Shown here: positions 8,600 through 18,419 of the stretch, piece after piece | How the letters are laid out: the number at the start of each line of letters is the position of its first letter | Position numbering within the stretch: the first letter of the stretch is position 1 | From: Acidimicrobiia bacterium | GTDB taxonomy: Bacteria > Actinomycetota > Acidimicrobiia > Acidimicrobiales > UBA8592 | Direction: 5' to 3' | Length of the DNA stretch: 64,000 bases | Assembly (NCBI GenBank): GCA_030431575.1 | Contig: JAUIIS010000002.1 | Span: 3,589 to 67,588, forward strand | The notes under the pieces: generated by a model | The model's database searches: none | What the model was told of the DNA's origin: nothing | The model's input: the letters and a program-made list of their open reading frames with translations, nothing else | Position numbers and translations under genes: made by a program

Positions 8600-9642
8600 T
8601 TCGCCTGCTGCTCGCCGTGGGTTGCTCGGCGCTGGTGTCGCTCGTTGGCACCAAGGCCCTTATCGACTGGCTGACTCGCCATCGTATTGGGCAACCGATT
8701 CGCGACGACGGCCCTGACGGTCATCAGACCAAGGCCGGCACCCCCACCATGGGTGGCGCTGCCATAGTCGGTGGTGCCCTGGTGGCCTACGTCGTATCGA
8801 ACGCCTACAACGGCATTTACACCAGGACCGGGATCTTCGTCATGCTCGCCGTCCTGGGCGCTGGCCTTGTTGGCTTGCTTGACGACGGTTTGAAGGTCTC
8901 GCGAGAACGAAACCTGGGGCTCAACAAGAAGGCCAAATCCATCGGCCTGCTGTCGGTGGCGTTCGGTTTCGCCATCGCCATGGTGACCTTCACCGAAGTG
9001 CACACCGAGGTCGGCTTCACCAGGTATGACTCGCTCAACGTCGACCTCGGACCTGTTGGCTGGGTATTTTGGGCCGTCCTGCTGATCCTGGCCACAAGCA
9101 ATGCAGTCAACCTCACCGACGGGCTCGATGGCCTCGCTGCGGGCTCGGCAAGCTTTTCGTTTAGTGCATTCACCGTCATTGCCTTTTGGGCCTTCCGAAA
9201 CCCTGAGATTTACGACGTCGACCATGCCCTAGATCTCGCGGTCATCGCTGTGGCGCTGTTGGGTGCGTGCATTGGATTCCTGTGGTGGAACGCCGCGCCT
9301 GCACAAATCTTCATGGGTGACACGGGGTCGCTTGCCATTGGCACAGCGCTGGCATGCTTAGCGCTAGCGACCAACACGGACCTTCTGCTTCCGGTCATCG
9401 GCGGGCTGTTCGTCATGGAGACCGCCTCGGTAATCATTCAGGTGGTGTCGTTCCGCTCCACCGGCAAGCGGGTCTTCCGGATGGCCCCATTTCATCATCA
9501 TTTTGAACTGCTCGGTTGGCCCGAGACCACCGTCATCGTGCGATTCTGGATCATCGGCGGCTTCCTGACCGCTGTCGCTCTAGGCATGTTCTACGCAGAC
9601 TTCGTCGACGTCACGGACCTGGCCGAGGTGGTCGCCCCATGA
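8596..9642 (+). CDS. mraY: phospho-N-acetylmuramoyl-pentapeptide transferase MraY
   Basis: Polytopic membrane protein with KAGTPTMGG, NAVNLTDGLDGLA, GDTGSLAIG and APFHHHFE. Its GTG overlaps the murE stop. Confidence 0.95.
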   Translation: MIRLLLAVGCSALVSLVGTKALIDWLTRHRIGQPIRDDGPDGHQTKAGTPTMGGAAIVGGALVAYVVSNAYNGIYTRTGIFVMLAVLGAGLVGLLDDGLKVSRERNLGLNKKAKSIGLLSVAFGFAIAMVTFTEVHTEVGFTRYDSLNVDLGPVGWVFWAVLLILATSNAVNLTDGLDGLAAGSASFSFSAFTVIAFWAFRNPEIYDVDHALDLAVIAVALLGACIGFLWWNAAPAQIFMGDTGSLAIGTALACLALATNTDLLLPVIGGLFVMETASVIIQVVSFRSTGKRVFRMAPFHHHFELLGWPETTVIVRFWIIGGFLTAVALGMFYADFVDVTDLAEVVAP

Positions 9643-10970
9643 CCCAGGTCCATGATGCCTCGCGAGTGTTGGTGTTCGGCTACGGGGCCCACGGGCGCGC
9701 CGTGGCCGAAGCGCTCGCCGCACATGGCATCGCTATGCACCTTGTGGATGACAACCCCACACCCGCTGGAGTCGAACATGCAGCCGGGCTCGGCGAAGCG
9801 CTTACGGCCATCCCGGTCGAAGCGCTGCCCGAAACGCTCGAAGCGGTCACCCACGTGATCCCCACACCGGGCCTACCGGAATCCCACCCGGTATTCAGCG
9901 CTGCGGCCGACATGGGTCGCCCCGTGATAGGCGAATTCGACCTAGCTGCCCAGTGGGACGACCGACCGCTTGTTGCCATCACCGGCACCAACGGCAAGAC
10001 CACCGTGACAACGCTGGTCACCGAGATGTTGCAGGCAAGCGACATCAACGCCGTGATGGCAGGCAACATGGACCTGCCGCTTGTTACCGCAATCGCCAAT
10101 CCCGCAGCTGAGTGCTTCGTTGTCGAAGCATCCTCGTTTCGCCTCGGCTACGCACAGGCGTTCAGGCCAGCGGTGGCGACATGGCTGAACTTCGAACCCG
10201 ACCACCTCGATGCCCACGGCACGTTGGCCCGCTACGAAGATGCCAAAGCCAAGATCTGGGCGCACGCTGGCGCCGGGACCGTTGCCATTGCCAATTCGGC
10301 TGACGCCGTGGTCATGAGCCGCGTGCCAGCCGAAGCCACCGTGCAATACTTTGGGCCCGGTGGTGATGCCGAGGTCACCAATGGCCAACTGATCGTGGCG
10401 GGCGAGCCCCTTATTGCCGTGGACAGGCTGGCGCGACGACTGCCTCACGACTTGGACAACGCACTCGCCGCAGCCCTCACTGCCTTGGCGGCTGGCGCCA
10501 GCCGCGACGGGGTGGCCGACGCACTCGCCAAGTTCGGTGGCATAGACCACCGTATGGAGCTCGTGGGCGAAGGCGGGGGAGTGGCCTGGTACAACGACTC
10601 AAAGGCCACCACGCCACACGCGGTTCTGGCCGGCATGGCAGGGTTTGCGTCCAGCGTCCTCATCGCTGGCGGGCGCAACAAGGGTGTTGACCTCACGCCC
10701 CTAGCCGAGCTCGGCCCCCGCCTCCGTGGCGTTGTGGCAATCGGCGATGACGCGGCCGAGGTCGCAGCGGTGTTCAGCAGTGCCGCAATCGAAGTGGCCA
10801 CTGCCAGCACCATGGCAGATGCCATTGCCCGGGCCGCACAAATGGCCCAGGCCGGCGACACCGTTGTGCTGTCGCCGGCATGTACGTCTTATGACTGGTA
10901 CGCCAACTACCAAGAACGTGGGGCCGACTTCAGAGCCCTCGTTCAGGACTACCTGGGAGCCACACAATGA
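9639..10970 (+). CDS. murD: UDP-N-acetylmuramoylalanine--D-glutamate ligase MurD
   Basis: ITGTNGKTTVT and DSKATTPHA. ATG 9639 overlaps the mraY stop (ATGA). The ORF-track start at 9516 lies inside mraY. Confidence 0.93.
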   Translation: MTQVHDASRVLVFGYGAHGRAVAEALAAHGIAMHLVDDNPTPAGVEHAAGLGEALTAIPVEALPETLEAVTHVIPTPGLPESHPVFSAAADMGRPVIGEFDLAAQWDDRPLVAITGTNGKTTVTTLVTEMLQASDINAVMAGNMDLPLVTAIANPAAECFVVEASSFRLGYAQAFRPAVATWLNFEPDHLDAHGTLARYEDAKAKIWAHAGAGTVAIANSADAVVMSRVPAEATVQYFGPGGDAEVTNGQLIVAGEPLIAVDRLARRLPHDLDNALAAALTALAAGASRDGVADALAKFGGIDHRMELVGEGGGVAWYNDSKATTPHAVLAGMAGFASSVLIAGGRNKGVDLTPLAELGPRLRGVVAIGDDAAEVAAVFSSAAIEVATASTMADAIARAAQMAQAGDTVVLSPACTSYDWYANYQERGADFRALVQDYLGATQ

Positions 10971-12154
10971 CTGCGGTACATCCGGAACCGGCCCCCTTCT
11001 TTCGCTCGGCAGCTCGAGCCATCAAGGGCACGGTTGTGGCCCCAGCCAGCGCCGAGACCCGTGGTTGGGGAACCGCACAGGTGACCGTTGTTGTCATCGT
11101 CGCAGCGCTTAACCTCATTGGTCTTGCCATGGTGCTTTCGGCGTCATCGGTCACGTCGCTCTACCAGGGCACCGACACTTGGTTCCACTTCACCCGTCAA
11201 GCAATCTGGGTCACCATTGGCATGGTTAGCCTCCTCGGGTTCCGGCACGTGGACTACCAGTCGCTGCGCAAGCTCATTCCCTTTGGCCTGCTGGTCACTT
11301 TCGTCATGCTGGTGGCCGTCCTCATCCCTGGCGTGGGTGTCGGAGCAAACGGCTCCACCCGCTGGTTGGCATTTGGTCCCGTCACTGCCCAGCCCACCGA
11401 AATCCTCAAACTCGTGATCTTGTTGTACGCCGCCGACCTGTTGTCGCAGCGCCAAAACGAACTCGACAATCCAATCAGAACCCTGATGCCGGTGTTGTTG
11501 GTCTTTGGCGCCGCAGCCGGGCTGGTCATGCTCCAGCCAGACCTGGGCAGCGTGATCATCGCCGGAGGCATCACCGTGGCGGTGCTGTTTGCGGGCGGGG
11601 TATCGATGGCGCCGCTGGCATTGTGCACGGTCACCGGCGGAGGCCTCGCGGTGATCTTGACCATGACCGCCAGCTATCGCCGAGCTCGCCTCCTTGCGTT
11701 CCTTGACCCCTGGGACGACCCACTAAGCACGAGCTATCAGACGGTGCAGTCAATGGTCGGCATTGCCAATGGTGGTGTCACCGGAGTTGGTGTTGGCCAG
11801 GGTCGAGCCAAGTGGGGGTTCTTGCCGGAGTCCCACACCGACTTCATCTTTGCTGTTGTGGCCGAAGAGATGGGCTTCATCGGCGCGGTCCTTGTGCTCG
11901 CCATGTTCGTCACCCTTGCGGTGGTTGGCGTTCGCATTGCCCAACGAGCGCCGGACCGCTTTGGCACCCTGACCGCGATCGGCATCGTTGTCTGGCTCCT
12001 CCTTCAGGCCATTGTCAACGTGGGCGGTGTCGTGGGTGCCATGCCCATTACCGGGGTGACCTTGCCGTTTGTGTCCTTTGGTGGAACCTCAACCGTGGTC
12101 GGCATGGCCGCGGTAGGGGTGCTGTTGAATATCGGCCGCCAGGGGCAAGCATGA
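10967..12154 (+). CDS. ftsW: FtsW/SEDS-family peptidoglycan glycosyltransferase
   Basis: Multi-TM SEDS protein with QPTEILKLVILLY, PESHTDFIFAVVAEEMG and PFVSFGGTS. It has an ATGA overlap with murD. Confidence 0.92.
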   Translation: MTAVHPEPAPFFRSAARAIKGTVVAPASAETRGWGTAQVTVVVIVAALNLIGLAMVLSASSVTSLYQGTDTWFHFTRQAIWVTIGMVSLLGFRHVDYQSLRKLIPFGLLVTFVMLVAVLIPGVGVGANGSTRWLAFGPVTAQPTEILKLVILLYAADLLSQRQNELDNPIRTLMPVLLVFGAAAGLVMLQPDLGSVIIAGGITVAVLFAGGVSMAPLALCTVTGGGLAVILTMTASYRRARLLAFLDPWDDPLSTSYQTVQSMVGIANGGVTGVGVGQGRAKWGFLPESHTDFIFAVVAEEMGFIGAVLVLAMFVTLAVVGVRIAQRAPDRFGTLTAIGIVVWLLLQAIVNVGGVVGAMPITGVTLPFVSFGGTSTVVGMAAVGVLLNIGRQGQA

Positions 12155-13281
12155 GCGCCGCGCCAGACCCCCAGCAGGCGCGGCGATTCGCTGTTATTGC
12201 CGGAGGTGGAACCGCTGGCCACGTGCATCCCGGGTTGGCGGTTGCCGACGCTCTGGTGCAGCGCGGCCACGATCGGGCATCGATCCTCTATGTAGGAAGC
12301 CAACGCGGTATCGAGCACGATTTGGTGCCGACGGCCGGCTTCGAACTCAAGACGCTGCCCGGCAAGGGAATCCCTCGGGGGCTGTCTCTTGATGCGGTAC
12401 GGGCCGTGCTGGCCTTGACACGCGGTATTGCAGAAGCGGTGGCGCTGTTGCGCAAAGAACGACCAAGTGTCGTGCTCTCCCTGGGAGGATTCGCGGCGGT
12501 GCCGTGTGCGGTCGCAGCTCGCTTGCTTCGAATCCCGGTGGTGATCCACGAACAAAACGCCGTGGCTGGTTCGGCCAACCGACTCATCAGCCGGTGGGCT
12601 CGGGTTTCGGCAGTGTCGTTTCCGGCAACCGATCTCCCCAACGCACGCGTCACCGGGAATCCGGTGCGCCCGGAGGTGCTCGCGATCGACCGGAGCAAGG
12701 ACCGGGGAGCGGCCCGCGACCGGCTTGGGGTTGCTCGCCAGAACCGCATGATTGTGGTGACTGGCGGTTCGCTCGGAGCCCTCAAGCTCAACAGGGCAGC
12801 CATCGACGCTGCGTCTCGGTTGGTGGCCGACGGGCAAACGACGCTCTACCACGTCGTTGGAAAGCGCGACTGGGAATCCCTGGCCGAAGACATTGTGCAG
12901 CTCGCTGCGAAGTCGGGGTATCGCGCGGTCTCCTATGAGAACGACATGCCTTCGGTCCTGGCCGCAGCTGACCTGGTGATCTCGCGCGCTGGCGCATCTA
13001 CGACTGCGGAACTGGCCGTCGTTGGGTTGCCATCAATCTTGATACCGCTTCCCCACGCACCAGGCGATCACCAACGGGCCAACGCATCGGCACTTGTCGA
13101 CGTGGGCGGTGCCACCATGGTGGAAGACAACGAGTTTGATGGCGACCGGTTGGTGGCCGAGGTAGCCGTCATCTTCGATGAGGAAGGACGTTGTGACGCC
13201 ATGGCTCGAGCCGCAAGCACCGTCGGCCAACGCGACGCCGCGGACCAAGTCGCCGTCCTGATGGAGGAGTTCGCAGCATGA
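12151..13281 (+). CDS. murG: undecaprenyldiphospho-muramoylpentapeptide beta-N-acetylglucosaminyltransferase MurG
   Basis: FAVIAGGGTAGHVHPGLAVADAL, GGSLGA and DHQRANA. ATG 12151 overlaps the ftsW stop. The ORF-track start at 11812 is inside ftsW. Confidence 0.93.
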   Translation: MSAAPDPQQARRFAVIAGGGTAGHVHPGLAVADALVQRGHDRASILYVGSQRGIEHDLVPTAGFELKTLPGKGIPRGLSLDAVRAVLALTRGIAEAVALLRKERPSVVLSLGGFAAVPCAVAARLLRIPVVIHEQNAVAGSANRLISRWARVSAVSFPATDLPNARVTGNPVRPEVLAIDRSKDRGAARDRLGVARQNRMIVVTGGSLGALKLNRAAIDAASRLVADGQTTLYHVVGKRDWESLAEDIVQLAAKSGYRAVSYENDMPSVLAAADLVISRAGASTTAELAVVGLPSILIPLPHAPGDHQRANASALVDVGGATMVEDNEFDGDRLVAEVAVIFDEEGRCDAMARAASTVGQRDAADQVAVLMEEFAA

Positions 13282-14651
13282 GCGACCAGCACGATCTTGC
13301 CAACCCCACGCGAGTGCACATCATTGGGGTGGGAGGAGCAGGAATGCGCGCTATTGCATCGGTGCTTGTAGCCATGGGCCATGAGGTGTCCGGTAGCGAC
13401 TTGCGCGACTCCCGCGCCCTTGACCGGCTTCGGGCCGAAGGTGTCACCGTCACCGTTGGGCACAACGCAGCAAATATTGGCAACGCCGAGGTGGTTACCC
13501 GATCCACCGCTGTACCCGATGCCAACCCGGAAGTACAGGCAGCCATCAGCGCTGGCGTGCCGGTCCTCAGCCGAGCAACGGCGCTCTCTGCTATCACACG
13601 AGCCCGCCGCACAATCGCTGTTGCTGGCACCCACGGGAAGACCACGACATCTTCCATGCTCGCGGTTATCTTGCGAGAAGCCGGGATCGACCCATCGTTC
13701 ATTATTGGTGGCGAACTCAACGAGATCGGTTCGGGAGCTGTGTGGGCAGAGACCGATGGTTGGTTTATTGCCGAGGCCGACGAAAGCGATGGCACATTTC
13801 TCGATCTCGATGCTCGTCGCGCGATCGTGACCAGTGTTGAGCCCGATCACCTTGCCTATTACGGCTCCGAGCAGGCGCTCGTGGATGCCTTTGGCCAGTT
13901 CGTTGACGCTGTGGCAGAAGTGGCGGTGGTTTGCCTCGATGACGCCGGCGCCGCTGGCCTGGTTGGTGACGGATCGAACGTCACCACCTATGGCACCTCC
14001 GAGCAGGCCGACTGGACGATTTCGAGCTACTCCAGCGACCGAGCGTTTTCGTCGTTCACCTTGATCTCGCCAGACGGCACCGAGACAGACATCCAGCTGG
14101 GCACTCCCGGGCTTCACAATGTGCGCAACGCCACTGCCGCGATAGTCACCGCGGTCGAGATCGGCGTCGACATGGACGATGCCCGACGTGCGTTGGCCAA
14201 GTTCGGCGGCGTGGCCCGACGATTCCAGTACCGCGGGTCTCGCGACGACATCACCTTCATCGACGACTATGCCCACTTACCAACCGAAGTTGCTGCCGCG
14301 CTCGAAGCTGCGGGCGGCGGCGACTGGGGGCGGGTGGTGTGTGTCTTCCAACCTCATCGCTTCACGAGGACCGCAGAGCTGTGGGAAGACTTCGCCTCGG
14401 CATTCCAAGGCGCCGATGTGTTGGTAGTCACCAGCATCTACGCCTCTGGCGAAGCCCCGATCCCAGGAGTAAACGCAAAGCTCATCGTCGATGCAGTGAC
14501 GAAAGCGCACCCAGATCAAGCGGTGGCCTTCATACCGCATCGCGAAGAGCTGCGGACATACCTAACGGCTCAGCTGCGAGCGGGCGACCTGTGTCTTACT
14601 CTTGGAGCAGGCGACCTCACGACGCTCCCCGACGAACTCCTCGGTCCTTGA
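13278..14651 (+). CDS. murC: UDP-N-acetylmuramate--L-alanine ligase MurC
   Basis: VHIIGVGGAGMRAIA, AGTHGKTTTSSM and DDYAHLPTE; 457 aa. Confidence 0.95.
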   Translation: MSDQHDLANPTRVHIIGVGGAGMRAIASVLVAMGHEVSGSDLRDSRALDRLRAEGVTVTVGHNAANIGNAEVVTRSTAVPDANPEVQAAISAGVPVLSRATALSAITRARRTIAVAGTHGKTTTSSMLAVILREAGIDPSFIIGGELNEIGSGAVWAETDGWFIAEADESDGTFLDLDARRAIVTSVEPDHLAYYGSEQALVDAFGQFVDAVAEVAVVCLDDAGAAGLVGDGSNVTTYGTSEQADWTISSYSSDRAFSSFTLISPDGTETDIQLGTPGLHNVRNATAAIVTAVEIGVDMDDARRALAKFGGVARRFQYRGSRDDITFIDDYAHLPTEVAAALEAAGGGDWGRVVCVFQPHRFTRTAELWEDFASAFQGADVLVVTSIYASGEAPIPGVNAKLIVDAVTKAHPDQAVAFIPHREELRTYLTAQLRAGDLCLTLGAGDLTTLPDELLGP

Positions 14652-14666
14652 GCGTTGGGGATACGA

Positions 14667-15629
14667 ATGGCTTCTGATTCACACCTTCGAGATGTCGCAG
14701 CCTCGCTTGGCGAGCAGCTGGACGTTGTCGAAACCAACGCTGCATTCGGGGAGCGAACCACCTATCGGGTTGGTGGGCCAGCTGGCTTGTTTGTCTCAGT
14801 CGCGTCCTTCGAAGACCTAGCCGCGGTGGCCTCGGCGGTGGTCGAAGCCTCGCTGTCGGTTACCGTTCTGGGCAACGGGTCCAACCTTCTGGTGGCTGAC
14901 GCAGGTTTCGACGGTCTGGTCCTTGCGCTGGCTCCTCCGTTTGCCGACGTGCAGCGCCAGCCTGGTGGAACGGTCCGTATTGGGGGAGCGGCCAGCCTGC
15001 CGATTGTGGCCAGGCAACTGACCTCGATGGGATTGGCAGGCTTCGAGTGGGCCGTCGGTGTTCCCGGCACGCTTGGGGGAGCGGTGCGCATGAACGCAGG
15101 CGGGCATGGCTCAGACATGGCCGCAGTTGTTGTGCATGCCGACATTGTCGATCTGACCACAGGCGAGCTCAGGCGCTACGGAGCGAGCGAACTCGCCTTC
15201 GACTACCGCTCTTCCAGTGTGGCTCCCCACCAAGTCGTGGTGGCTGCTGAGGTACTCCTCGAAGACGGCGACCCTGCGGTAGGCAAAGCCCTGTTGAGTG
15301 AGATTGTGGCTTGGCGCCGCCAGAACCAGCCTGGTGGACAGAACGCCGGGTCGGTCTTCACGAATCCGCCCGGCGACAGCGCAGGGCGAATCATCGATGC
15401 GGCTGGCTTGAAAGGTCTGCGTGTTGGGACCGCCCAAGTATCGACGAAGCACGCCAACTTCATTCAAGCCGACCCGGATGGCTCAGCAGATGACATCGCT
15501 GCCTTGATGGCACTGGTAGTCGAGCGGGTGCAGGACCAGACAGGGATCCGGCTGCACGCCGAGACACGCATGATTGGTTTCGGTGAGCGCTTCTGCGAGC
15601 CGAACGAGAGCTCGATGGAGGGCATGTGA
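14667..15629 (+). CDS. murB: UDP-N-acetylenolpyruvoylglucosamine reductase MurB
   Basis: TTYRVGGPA, VLGNGSNLLV, GGAVRMNAGGHG, GSVFTNP and STKHANFI. The start is ATG 14667 or TTG 14655. Confidence 0.9.
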   Translation: MASDSHLRDVAASLGEQLDVVETNAAFGERTTYRVGGPAGLFVSVASFEDLAAVASAVVEASLSVTVLGNGSNLLVADAGFDGLVLALAPPFADVQRQPGGTVRIGGAASLPIVARQLTSMGLAGFEWAVGVPGTLGGAVRMNAGGHGSDMAAVVVHADIVDLTTGELRRYGASELAFDYRSSSVAPHQVVVAAEVLLEDGDPAVGKALLSEIVAWRRQNQPGGQNAGSVFTNPPGDSAGRIIDAAGLKGLRVGTAQVSTKHANFIQADPDGSADDIAALMALVVERVQDQTGIRLHAETRMIGFGERFCEPNESSMEGM

Positions 15630-16411
15630 CGACGGTTTCTATGGACCCGAGACTTGCGGCGAGGCGCGCCGAGGTTCTCAAGATGCGCGGCCGTCGACGC
15701 CTGCGCAAGATGGCGGCCGTAGGAGCATTTGCGCTGCTCGCGATGGCCCTTTGGTGGGTGGTCGACCGCAGCCCGCTGCTTGATGTGGACGCAGTCGCTG
15801 TTGAAGGTGCCAGCCAGACCTCCGCGGAGTCTGTGGTATTGGCCAGCGGTATCATCGAAGGTCAACCTCTAGTAGAGGTTGATACTAGTCAAGTGAAGGC
15901 ATCAGTGGCAGCCCTCCCTTGGGTTGATGAGGTGACGGCCAACCGAAGCCTCAATGGCACCGTGAAGGTTGGAATCACCGAGCGCGTGCCAGTCGCCGCG
16001 CTTCCAGGCGTCGAGGGCTGGTTGCTGGTCGACCCCGATGGACGTGTTCTCGAAAAAACAACACGTCCAGACCCGTCGCTCGTCGTGATCGAGGGTCCCT
16101 CGTGGCAAGCCGAGCCCGGCGCGTGGATAGGGGAGAGCGCCTTACCCGCGATCGAGGTGGCAAGTGTCCTCCCAGCGGGTTTGCGACACAAGGTGGCCTC
16201 GGTTCGACCGCTCGAAGAAGGCGAGATCGGCCATGTTGAGCTTCAACTCTTTGGTGGCGCATCGATCTTGTTGGGCGACACAGCGAACCTTGACGACAAG
16301 TTCTTGTCCGCACTCACCATGGTGGTTCGGGCCAACCTTGACTGTGTTGATCAGGTTGATGTGCGTGCCCCAGCCGTTCCTGTTTTGACCCGGATCGCTC
16401 AGTGCTCGTAG
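15626..16411 (+). CDS. ftsQ: cell division protein FtsQ/DivIB
   Basis: Basic N-terminus, one TM helix (AAVGAFALLAMALWWVV) and a POTRA-like segment (VDAVAVEGASQTSAESV). It sits directly upstream of ftsZ and has a GTGA overlap with murB. Confidence 0.8.
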   Translation: MTTVSMDPRLAARRAEVLKMRGRRRLRKMAAVGAFALLAMALWWVVDRSPLLDVDAVAVEGASQTSAESVVLASGIIEGQPLVEVDTSQVKASVAALPWVDEVTANRSLNGTVKVGITERVPVAALPGVEGWLLVDPDGRVLEKTTRPDPSLVVIEGPSWQAEPGAWIGESALPAIEVASVLPAGLRHKVASVRPLEEGEIGHVELQLFGGASILLGDTANLDDKFLSALTMVVRANLDCVDQVDVRAPAVPVLTRIAQCS

Positions 16412-16589
16412 CCTGTTGACTTCAACAACATTCTCCACACCACCAACATCATCCACACCTTGGTTCCTTGGCGTGTGATCGCCCCTCGAGTGATCGAAAC
16501 GACCTACATTGGCAAAGACTCAAGGTTAGGTTGAGGTTGGGACCGTCTAGTCTGAGGGTTCCTCTGGCACACGGGCACCTAGAGGATGC

Positions 16590-17684
16590 ATGTCGGGAGG
16601 CTCCCAAATCGTGAACAATCCACACAACTACCTAGCGGTCATCAAGGTCGTCGGCGTCGGCGGCGGCGGTGTCAACGCGGTGAACCGAATGATCGACGCA
16701 GGCTTGCGCGGCGTCGAGTTCATCGCTATCAACACAGACGCACAGGCGCTGCTGTTGTCAGACGCCGAGGTCAAGATCGACATCGGACGCGAACTCACTC
16801 GCGGCTTGGGCGCTGGTAGCGACCCCGAAGTTGGTCGCCAAGCCGCAGAAGATCATCGCCACGAGATCGAAGAAGCGCTTACGGGTGCCGACATGGTCTT
16901 CATCACCGCGGGCGAAGGCGGCGGCACCGGCACTGGTGCAGCCCCCATCGTGGCCGAAGTAGCCAAAGGTTTGGGCAGCCTCACCATTGGCGTGGTCACC
17001 CGCCCCTTTGGTTTCGAAGGCCGGCGCAGATCGGTACAAGCCGATCAGGGGATCCAACATCTCCGCGAGAAGGTCGATACCCAGATCGTCATTCCAAACG
17101 ATCGCCTCCTATCGGTCGCCGACGAAAAGACCAGCATCGTCAATGCGTTCCGCATGGCCGACGAAGTCTTGCTCCAAGGCGTACAGGGCATCACCGAACT
17201 CATCACCACCCCCGGCCTGATCAACACCGACTTCGCCGACGTCAAGATGATCATGTCCGACGCAGGCTCTGCGCTCATGGGTATTGGAACAGGCTCGGGC
17301 GAAGACCGTGCCGCAAGCGCGGCACGTAAGGCCATCTCTAGCCCGCTGCTCGAGTCGTCCATCGACGGCGCCCGCGGCATCTTGTTGTCCATCTCTGGCT
17401 CAAGCGACCTCGGTCTTCTCGAAGTCAACGACGCGGCCGAACTCGTCCAAGGCGTTGCCCACCCAGACGCCAACATCATCTTTGGCACCGTGGTCGACGA
17501 GTCCATGGGCGACTCCGTCCGGGTCACCGTCATCGCAGCTGGTTTCGATCGGTGGGAGGGCGAAGAGCCTGAACCCGTGCGCAAGTCCGCGGTCGTGCAC
17601 GACATGCCCGACGCCTTTGCCGGTGCCGATGACAGTCCAAGCGACGACGGCGACGAGTTCGACGTTCCGTCGTTTCTGCAGTAG
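16590..17684 (+). CDS. ftsZ: cell division GTPase FtsZ
   Basis: [18 protein letters not shown], tubulin signature [18 protein letters not shown] and the C-terminal [13 protein letters not shown] peptide. SD-like GAGGA precedes the ATG. Confidence 0.98.
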   Translation: MSGGSQIVNNPHNYLAVIKVVGVGGGGVNAVNRMIDAGLRGVEFIAINTDAQALLLSDAEVKIDIGRELTRGLGAGSDPEVGRQAAEDHRHEIEEALTGADMVFITAGEGGGTGTGAAPIVAEVAKGLGSLTIGVVTRPFGFEGRRRSVQADQGIQHLREKVDTQIVIPNDRLLSVADEKTSIVNAFRMADEVLLQGVQGITELITTPGLINTDFADVKMIMSDAGSALMGIGTGSGEDRAASAARKAISSPLLESSIDGARGILLSISGSSDLGLLEVNDAAELVQGVAHPDANIIFGTVVDESMGDSVRVTVIAAGFDRWEGEEPEPVRKSAVVHDMPDAFAGADDSPSDDGDEFDVPSFLQ

Positions 17685-17743
17685 CGCCAGCTTTCGTTGC
17701 CCGATTGGTCAACACAACCGGGCAACCGGTCTACGGTGACCGT

Positions 17744-18418
17744 ATGCCTGAGTTTGTGCTGCCCGCAGAGAACGGGCACGTGCTGCACGTTGTAGCCACA
17801 GATAGGTCTCATGGGGATCTCCACGTCGATAGCTCCGATGTGCAGAAACGTCGGCGCGCCATCGTGGATGTGCCCTGGACCTGGCTGCGTCAGGTGCATG
17901 GAAACGATGTTGTTGCCGTAGATGTCCCCGGCGCCCACGCAGGCGCCGAGGCAGACGCTTCGTTCACCGCAGCCCCCAAGGCGGCCCTAGCCGTCAACGT
18001 CGCAGACTGTGCCCCCGTGGCGTTGCTCAGTACCCAAGGCCTCATCGGGGTGGCCCACGCAGGCTGGCGTGGCGTATCAGGCGGGGTGCTCGAGAACACG
18101 GTCGAGGCCATGCGCAACGCCGGAGCCCAAGATCTTGTTGGGGTCCTCGGCCCGTGTATCCGGCCATCGGCCTACGAATTTGGTGAGCCAGAACTCAGCG
18201 AGGTGCAAGCCAGTCTTGGCCCCGACGCCATTGGGGCAACCGCATGGGGCACGCCCGCGCTCAATATGCCCGCAGCGGTATCTATTGCGCTCGACCGTTG
18301 CGGCGTGGCGTTGGTAGCAACCCTGGGCGGCTGCACCGCCGCAGAAGCAGACCGCAGGTGGTCCCACCGGGCTCGTGCAGACCGCGAACGACAAGCCCTC
18401 GTTGCCTGGATTGATTGA
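17744..18418 (+). CDS. pgeF: peptidoglycan editing factor PgeF / YfiH (DUF152 laccase-domain) protein
   Basis: LRQVHGNDVV, VADCAPVALL and GVAHAGWRG. It occupies the conserved position after ftsZ. The start is ATG 17744 or TTG 17705. Confidence 0.85.
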   Translation: MPEFVLPAENGHVLHVVATDRSHGDLHVDSSDVQKRRRAIVDVPWTWLRQVHGNDVVAVDVPGAHAGAEADASFTAAPKAALAVNVADCAPVALLSTQGLIGVAHAGWRGVSGGVLENTVEAMRNAGAQDLVGVLGPCIRPSAYEFGEPELSEVQASLGPDAIGATAWGTPALNMPAAVSIALDRCGVALVATLGGCTAAEADRRWSHRARADRERQALVAWID

Positions 18419-18419
18419 C

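Noticed and set aside
9516-9638. N-terminal extensions of maximal ORFs: murD from 9516, murG from 11812, trpA from 55625, hisB from 45674, lspA from 25376, hup from 60558 and fabZ from 61030.
   Set aside because: The extensions overlap the preceding well-supported gene and lack homology. Internal ATG/GTG starts that form ATGA/GTGA overlaps or follow SD sequences fit the protein families.
13068-14276. Very long ORFs antisense to or out of frame with strong genes. Examples are 13068-14276, 23221-24456, 30676-32088, 57823-58833, 58040-59302, 20901-21743 and 45975-46832.
   Set aside because: They are Arg/Pro/Ala/Gly/Ser-rich translations with no recognisable motifs. All lie fully inside genes with unambiguous homology in another frame. 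This is the expected stop-codon paucity of high-GC DNA.
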